Assembly: GCA_018822365.1 (NCBI GenBank)
Contig: JAHJKL010000042.1
Location: forward strand, 1,077 to 65,076
Source of the DNA: Candidatus Margulisiibacteriota bacterium
Lineage (GTDB): Bacteria > Margulisbacteria > WOR-1 > O2-12-FULL-45-9 > XYB2-FULL-48-7
Direction of reading: 5' to 3'
Length of the DNA stretch: 64,000 nt
Part shown: piece by piece, positions 58,713 to 64,000 of the stretch
How the letters are laid out: the number at the start of each line of letters is the position of its first letter
Position numbering within the stretch: the stretch's first letter is position 1
Made by a program: the position numbers and the translations under genes
Notes under the pieces: model-generated
Seen by the model: the letters and a program-made list of their open reading frames with translations, nothing else
What the model was told of the DNA's origin: nothing
Databases searched by the model: none

Positions 58713-60113
58713 TCAATCCTTCCCGTTTTCCCCTTCCCTCATCTTCAGCCTAAGCAGGATCTCTTTCGCTACGGTATGGATATCTCCCGCTCCGACCGTT
58801 AAAAGCATATCGCCGGGTTTAAGCTCTTTCATCAGCTGTTCAACGATCTTTTCTTTTTTGGGTATGTATGAAGCTTTTTCTTTATCAAGCAGGCTGGAGA
58901 TCGACCGACCAGTTATCCCGGGGATCGGTTTTTCTGAAGCGGCATAAATATCGGAAATGATGACCCGGTCGGCGTCGTCAAAGGCGGCCCCAAAACGATC
59001 TTGCAGCAGCTTGGTCCGGGTATAGCGGTGCGGCTGAAAAACGCAAATGATCTTCCGCTTCGGCCAACCGGCCCGGGCGGCGGAAAGGGTCGCTTTGATC
59101 TCGGTTGGATGATGAGCGTAATCGTCAATGATCATGACATCGGACTGTTCGCCGACGATCGAGAAACGGCGCCGGGCGCCGACAAAGGACTGAAGCGCCC
59201 CAACCATCAGGGAAAAATCGATCCCAAACTCAAACCCGATCGCGAAAACCGCCAGACTGTTGAGGACGTTCTGCCAGCCGGGGACTGATAACCCGACCTC
59301 GCCGACTTCTTCTCCATTTCTAAGCAGTATATATGTGGAATTAAACTTGGAATATTTTAAATTTTTCGCGCTGTATTCCATTGCCGGGTCAAGTCCGTAG
59401 GTAATAAACCGCCGCCCGGTCTTCCCCATCAATTTGCGATTGTTAGGATCGGTCCCGTCAACTAAAATAAACCCGGTTGAAGGAACACGGGAAGCAAACT
59501 CCTCAAAGGTCCGGAGCAGCTCATCGGTATTGCCAAAGTGCTCCATGTGGTCTTCTTCAATGTTCGTGATGATCTCGATGGTCGGGGAAAGGAAAAGAAA
59601 GGAGCTGTCCGATTCGTCCGCTTCGGCGACACAAAAACCGCCGCTCCCCATTTTGGCGTTGCCGCCCACGTAATCCATGTCGCAGCCGATCAAAAAGGTC
59701 GGGTTGAGTTTGGCCGCGTCCAGAACTTTCGCGATCATCGCGGTCGTGGTAGTTTTGCCATGCGTTCCGGCAACGGCGATCCGGTTCTGGGAACGGGACA
59801 TGATCCAGGCAAGCATTTCCGCCCGCTTCAGGATCGGCAGCTCTTTGGCTTGCGCCTCTTTCATTTCAGGATTTTCAAAATTGACCGCCGAAGAATAGAC
59901 CACCAGATCGATCCCGCGAATATTGTTGGCATCATGGCCGATCTGGATCTTGACCCCCATATCCTTTAACCGAACGGTGTTAGGGTTTTCCTTGATATCA
60001 GACCCGCTGACCTTAAAGCCCATTTCATGCAGGATCTTGGCCAAGCCGGACACACCGCACCCGCCAACTCCCACCAGATGGATACTTTTAATTTTATTAA
60101 GATCTAATGCCAT
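58713..60113 (-). CDS. murC: UDP-N-acetylmuramate--L-alanine ligase
   Basis: GTHGKTTTT, EADESD, DDYAHHPTE and FQPHRYTRT. Confidence 0.97.
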   Translation of the reverse strand: MALDLNKIKSIHLVGVGGCGVSGLAKILHEMGFKVSGSDIKENPNTVRLKDMGVKIQIGHDANNIRGIDLVVYSSAVNFENPEMKEAQAKELPILKRAEMLAWIMSRSQNRIAVAGTHGKTTTTAMIAKVLDAAKLNPTFLIGCDMDYVGGNAKMGSGGFCVAEADESDSSFLFLSPTIEIITNIEEDHMEHFGNTDELLRTFEEFASRVPSTGFILVDGTDPNNRKLMGKTGRRFITYGLDPAMEYSAKNLKYSKFNSTYILLRNGEEVGEVGLSVPGWQNVLNSLAVFAIGFEFGIDFSLMVGALQSFVGARRRFSIVGEQSDVMIIDDYAHHPTEIKATLSAARAGWPKRKIICVFQPHRYTRTKLLQDRFGAAFDDADRVIISDIYAASEKPIPGITGRSISSLLDKEKASYIPKKEKIVEQLMKELKPGDMLLTVGAGDIHTVAKEILLRLKMREGENGKD

Positions 60114-61146
60114 TAATTATTTCTTGGACCGCGGTCGGCCTGGCCAGTTCGCGGCAGGCCTCTTTCATTTTCTTCAGATCAAGCGATTGTCCGTTTACCA
60201 GATCCGCGAAGCGCTCCGGCGTCAGGTCGCTATTATTAACCAGCAGTCCGGCGCCTGAATCGGCAACAACACGCGCGTTAAGCTCTTGATGGCCTTCGGC
60301 CGAGAATGGGAATGGGACCAAGATCATGGGCAATTCGCGGATTAAAAATTCTGCGATCGCTGTCGCCCCGGCCCGACTGACCGCCAGATCGGCCGCCGCA
60401 ATGGCATCAGCTATATTATACATGTATTCCACCGGTTTATAAAAAGGATATTCCCCCCTCTTTATCAGTGAAAAATCCCGGCTCCCGATAATATGGACGA
60501 TCTTTATCCCTTCTTTGATCTTCGGCAATGAATTGATCACCGCCTGATTAATGCTTCTCGCCCCCTGGCTTCCGCCAACGACCAGGACCAGCTTGTCACC
60601 CGGACGGCAGCCAAGGCGCAGTCGGCTTTTTTCCCGGTCGGAAGCAAATATCCCTGACCTGACCGGATTCCCGGTGACGATTCCCTGAGGCAGATACTCC
60701 TTGGAGCGATCAAAGGAAAGAAAGACTTTTTTCGCCCAACGGGCAAACAGGCGATTCGTCACCCCCGGCAAAACATTCTGCTCATGAATAAAGATCGGGA
60801 TCGCCAGGCCTTTTGCCGCCAGAACGACCGGCAAACTGGCGTAGCCTCCGGTCGAAATAAGAACATTAGGCCTTTCCCGTGCCAGATAAAATAAAGCCTG
60901 AAAAAAACCGATCATGGAAATGAAAGGAGCGGAGACCGCTTTATAAGAAAACTTGCGGAGAAGGGCGCGGGATTTGATCAATTTGATCGGAAACCCGGAC
61001 TTGGCGATCAATCCTTTTTCCAACCCTTCTTCACTGCCGATAAACAGGACCTTGCTCTCCGGCTCCCGCGCGATCAGCCCCTGCGCAATAGCGATCCCGG
61101 GATAAATATGCCCGCCGGTCCCGCCGGAAACGATGACGATCTTCAT
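60097..61146 (-). CDS. murG: Lipid II GlcNAc transferase MurG
   Basis: GGTGGHIYP, HEQN..PG, GNPVR, GGSQGA, RAGA and HQ..NA. Confidence 0.97.
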   Translation of the reverse strand: MKIVIVSGGTGGHIYPGIAIAQGLIAREPESKVLFIGSEEGLEKGLIAKSGFPIKLIKSRALLRKFSYKAVSAPFISMIGFFQALFYLARERPNVLISTGGYASLPVVLAAKGLAIPIFIHEQNVLPGVTNRLFARWAKKVFLSFDRSKEYLPQGIVTGNPVRSGIFASDREKSRLRLGCRPGDKLVLVVGGSQGARSINQAVINSLPKIKEGIKIVHIIGSRDFSLIKRGEYPFYKPVEYMYNIADAIAAADLAVSRAGATAIAEFLIRELPMILVPFPFSAEGHQELNARVVADSGAGLLVNNSDLTPERFADLVNGQSLDLKKMKEACRELARPTAVQEIINGIRS

Positions 61147-62234
61147 GCTGATCCTTTCTTGGAAATATTCAGGATCACACCTACTGTAAATAGATTGATG
61201 ATCGTCGCCGTTCCCCCATAACTAATGAACGGCAGAGGGATCCCGGTGGTCGGGACCAGCCCCACCACCACCATTATATTGATCATCGCTTGTGTAGTCA
61301 GCCAGGCTACCAGGCCGGTCGCCAATAAACTTTTAAACTGCTCTTTCGCTCCCAAGGCGATCAAAAAACCGCGATGAGCAAACAGCACATAGATAGAAAT
61401 AACCACGAAAGCTCCGATAAAACCGGTCTCTTCGCAATGAATGGCAAAAATAAAATCGGTAAATTGCTGGGGGAGATAAAAGAATTTTTGCCTTGAGGCC
61501 CCAAGCCCCAACCCCAGAATCCCGCCAGATCCGACCGCTAAAAGCGACTGGATGATCTGGAAACCGATCCCTTGGGGGTCTTGCCAGGGATCAAAAAAAG
61601 CGAGAAAACGTTTTAAACGGTACGCGGAAGTGACGCCTAAAACGATCACTCCGGCAACCGCAAATAATCCGAGAAAAACAAACTGCGAATATTCCATCCC
61701 GGCGACAAAAAGCATGCCAAAGACCGAACCGGCCAGCGCCAGCACTGTTCCCAGGTCCGGTTGTTTAATGATAAGCGCGGCAACAAAAACAAAGATCAAT
61801 AAAGCGGGCAAAACTCCTTTGATAAAGTCGCCAATATTCGCTTTTTTCTCGGACAACATTTTTGCCAGGTAAACGGTTAAAGTAAATTTGATCAGTTCGG
61901 ATGGCTGGAAAGATAATATCCCAAGGTCGATCCAGCGGGAAGCTCCGCTAATGTTATGCCCTATTCCGGGAATAAAGACCAGGATCAGGAAGATCAGGGA
62001 AAACAGGAATAAATGGGGCGAAACCTTTTTTAGCTTGGCCAGATCAAGATAGAAGCCGTAAAATCCTGCGCCAACACCTAAAACCAGAAACAGCAGATGG
62101 CGCTTGATATAGAAAAGCATGTCGCCGTACTTTAGCCCCATGGTCGGACTGGCGGAAAAAATAGTCGCGGTCCCGATGGCAGAAAGTAAAATGACCGACA
62201 ACAAAAACCAATAATCTATTTTAAGCTTAGGCAT
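61143..62234 (-). CDS. ftsW: SEDS peptidoglycan polymerase FtsW
   Basis: GASRW, QPSE..K, QPDLG, TDFIF and G..LPFISYGG; dcw position. Confidence 0.94.
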   Translation of the reverse strand: MPKLKIDYWFLLSVILLSAIGTATIFSASPTMGLKYGDMLFYIKRHLLFLVLGVGAGFYGFYLDLAKLKKVSPHLFLFSLIFLILVFIPGIGHNISGASRWIDLGILSFQPSELIKFTLTVYLAKMLSEKKANIGDFIKGVLPALLIFVFVAALIIKQPDLGTVLALAGSVFGMLFVAGMEYSQFVFLGLFAVAGVIVLGVTSAYRLKRFLAFFDPWQDPQGIGFQIIQSLLAVGSGGILGLGLGASRQKFFYLPQQFTDFIFAIHCEETGFIGAFVVISIYVLFAHRGFLIALGAKEQFKSLLATGLVAWLTTQAMINIMVVVGLVPTTGIPLPFISYGGTATIINLFTVGVILNISKKGSA

Positions 62235-63514
62235 AATTCCTTAAAGATCCGTCCGCGCTCTTCATAATTACTGAACATATCAAAACTGGCGCAGGCTGGC
62301 GACAAAAGTACAATATCCCCTTTTTCCGCCAAACGATAGGCTTCACGGACCGCGTCCCCCATTGAAAAACCCGCCCGGAATATTTGGTCATACCCCGCCT
62401 TACGCAAAGCGGTTTCAAAGCGATCGGCCGCCTCCCCGATCAAAACAACCGCCTTCACGTTATCTTTGATCCGTTTAACCATTTCATCCAGGTCAACCCC
62501 TTTATCCCGTCCCCCCAGGATCAGGACCAGCCCTTTCCCTTTAAAGGTTTCGATCGCTACTATAGTTGAATCGGGATTGGTCCCCTTTGAATCATTGTAA
62601 AACCCTATCCCCTTCTTTTTTTGGACAAATTCGATCCGGTGTTCTACTCCCGGAAAGGTTTTAAGCACTTTGGCAACTTTCTCTTTTTTTATTCCGCAAA
62701 GAGCGGCAACGCTCGCCGCCGCCAGCGCGTTCTCCAGATTGTGCCGGCCTGGTATCCTGATCTCCTCCGGGACAAGCGAAATTATTCGAGCAGCCTCTTC
62801 TTTGGCAAAAGGAACCAGTTGCGCTTTTGCTTCCTGGGCCATTTTTACTACTTGAGGATCATCGGCATTGTATACAAGATAATCGTCACCTGTCTGGTTC
62901 GCGAAGATCCTTTGTTTTTGGGCGATGTATTCGGCAAGCGTATGATGCCGTTCCAAATGGTCCGGTTGAATGTTCAGGATAACACTGATAAAAGGCTTAA
63001 AATCAACGATCGCCTCAAGCTGATAACTGCTGATCTCCGCTACCACATAATCAAGGGAAGAATCGTCAACCTCGATCAAAGGAAGTCCAATGTTGCCGGC
63101 AACCGCAAGCCTCTTCCCTCCAGCCTTGAGCATCTCCCCGATCAAAGTAGTAGTGGTAGTTTTGCCGTTGGTCCCGGTAATGGCAATGACCGGTTTGGTT
63201 AAAAAACGGAAAGCAAGTTCGACTTCAGAGATGATCGGAATATTTTTCTGCCTGGCCGAGGCAAGGATCGGAATATCCAGGTGAATCCCTGGACTGACCA
63301 CGACCAGATCGGCCCCCGCTGCCAGTTCGGGTGGATTCCCCCCCAACGCCAGTTTTATTCCCTTGCCGGTTAATAAGCCCAATAGTTCTTTGGAAAAAAG
63401 CGATTCCCCCTTCTGATCGGTCGCGGTAACTACTGCGCCCAATCCAGCCAGCTTGATGGCGGCCGAAAAGCCGCTCTTCCCCAGGCCGACAACAATGACT
63501 TTTTTCCCGTTCAT
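62216..63514 (-). CDS. murD: UDP-MurNAc-L-Ala--D-Glu ligase
   Basis: TGTNGKTTTT, EISSYQL, NDSKGTN and SPACASFD. Confidence 0.97.
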   Translation of the reverse strand: MNGKKVIVVGLGKSGFSAAIKLAGLGAVVTATDQKGESLFSKELLGLLTGKGIKLALGGNPPELAAGADLVVVSPGIHLDIPILASARQKNIPIISEVELAFRFLTKPVIAITGTNGKTTTTTLIGEMLKAGGKRLAVAGNIGLPLIEVDDSSLDYVVAEISSYQLEAIVDFKPFISVILNIQPDHLERHHTLAEYIAQKQRIFANQTGDDYLVYNADDPQVVKMAQEAKAQLVPFAKEEAARIISLVPEEIRIPGRHNLENALAAASVAALCGIKKEKVAKVLKTFPGVEHRIEFVQKKKGIGFYNDSKGTNPDSTIVAIETFKGKGLVLILGGRDKGVDLDEMVKRIKDNVKAVVLIGEAADRFETALRKAGYDQIFRAGFSMGDAVREAYRLAEKGDIVLLSPACASFDMFSNYEERGRIFKELCLSLK

Positions 63515-63515
63515 A

Positions 63516-63595
63516 AACCATCACCCCAACCCCTCTCCCTCTGGGAGAGGGGCGGAAAGAAAAAATAATCAAGTTGAAAAAACTGGGTGAAGGTT
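63516..63595. repeat. CCCCTCTCCC-TCT-GGGAGAGGGG palindromic element with outer arms
   Basis: AACCATCACCCCAACCCCTCTCCCTCTGGGAGAGGGG ... GGGTGAAGGTT; same family as 37189-37351. Confidence 0.8.
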
Positions 63596-63596
63596 A

Positions 63597-64000
63597 TCAT
63601 AAAAGCAGCCCCACTATTCCTAGAATTAACCCAACCCCCCAAAAACCAAGCACGATTTGGACCTCATTAAATCCTAAAAGTTCAAAGTGGTGATGAAGCG
63701 GAGTCATCCTAAACGGTCTCTTCTTAAAAAATTTATTAGAAGCGACCTGCATTATCACCGAAAGCGTTTCGATCACAAAAACCCCGCCAATAATTATCAA
63801 GCGGAGTTCCTGATGCAAGAGGATCGCCATACCGGCGAGCAGCGCTCCGATCGCTAGCGAACCGGTATCTCCCATAAAAACCTGCGCCTTGGGGAAATTA
63901 TAGAAAAGAAACGCGGCCGTCGCCCCGGCCGCGATCAAAGCAAAGGTCGCCGTGTCAACACTCCCCAGGCGATTGGCGATCAACACAAAAAAAACAAAGG
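63597..64000 (-). CDS. mraY: Phospho-MurNAc-pentapeptide transferase, C-terminal part
   Basis: N..KAQVFMGDTGSLA, ETLSV..QV and PLHHHFEL. Confidence 0.95.
   Translation of the reverse strand, partial: FVFFVLIANRLGSVDTATFALIAAGATAAFLFYNFPKAQVFMGDTGSLAIGALLAGMAILLHQELRLIIIGGVFVIETLSVIMQVASNKFFKKRPFRMTPLHHHFELLGFNEVQIVLGFWGVGLILGIVGLLL

Overview
A gene-dense bacterial chromosome segment of about 75 CDS. It is mostly housekeeping: alaS-ruvX-mltG, guaB3/guaA, glyA-ftsEX, PBP1A, aroQ, ispD-dxs-fhs-folE, pgi/pgm, ygiQ, glgP, an lptD-like gene with mlaDFE, acpS, ilvE, argS, pheA, a split transketolase and the dcw cluster mraY-murD-ftsW-murG-murC-murB. The organism appears to be a diderm. A cyanobacterial-type GuaB3 and heavy GATC/CGATCG usage suggest a non-photosynthetic relative of Cyanobacteria (Margulisbacteria/Saganbacteria-like), which is inference only. 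I saw no rRNA, tRNA, CRISPR array, transposase or prophage. Main observations: (1) four unrelated orphan genes, each inserted singly among housekeeping genes, share an exactly spaced upstream motif TGAAAT-N16-CGATAA resembling a sigma-28/FliA promoter, a candidate dispersed alternative-sigma regulon of lineage-specific, possibly exported proteins; (2) a 28-bp dif-like Xer site at 45733-45760 in the only large intergenic gap, with GGGNAGGG polarity switching around it, suggests the replication terminus; (3) at least five families of REP-like palindromes are present, and several are co-opted into genes as an in-frame insert in ygiQ, the signal-peptide n-region of the LptD-like gene, the PheA C-terminus, and ribosome-binding sites; (4) extended -10 boxes sit 5-9 nt before many start codons, implying widespread leaderless mRNAs. 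Product calls come from recognised motifs and gene context, not database searches, and motif counts were made by eye.
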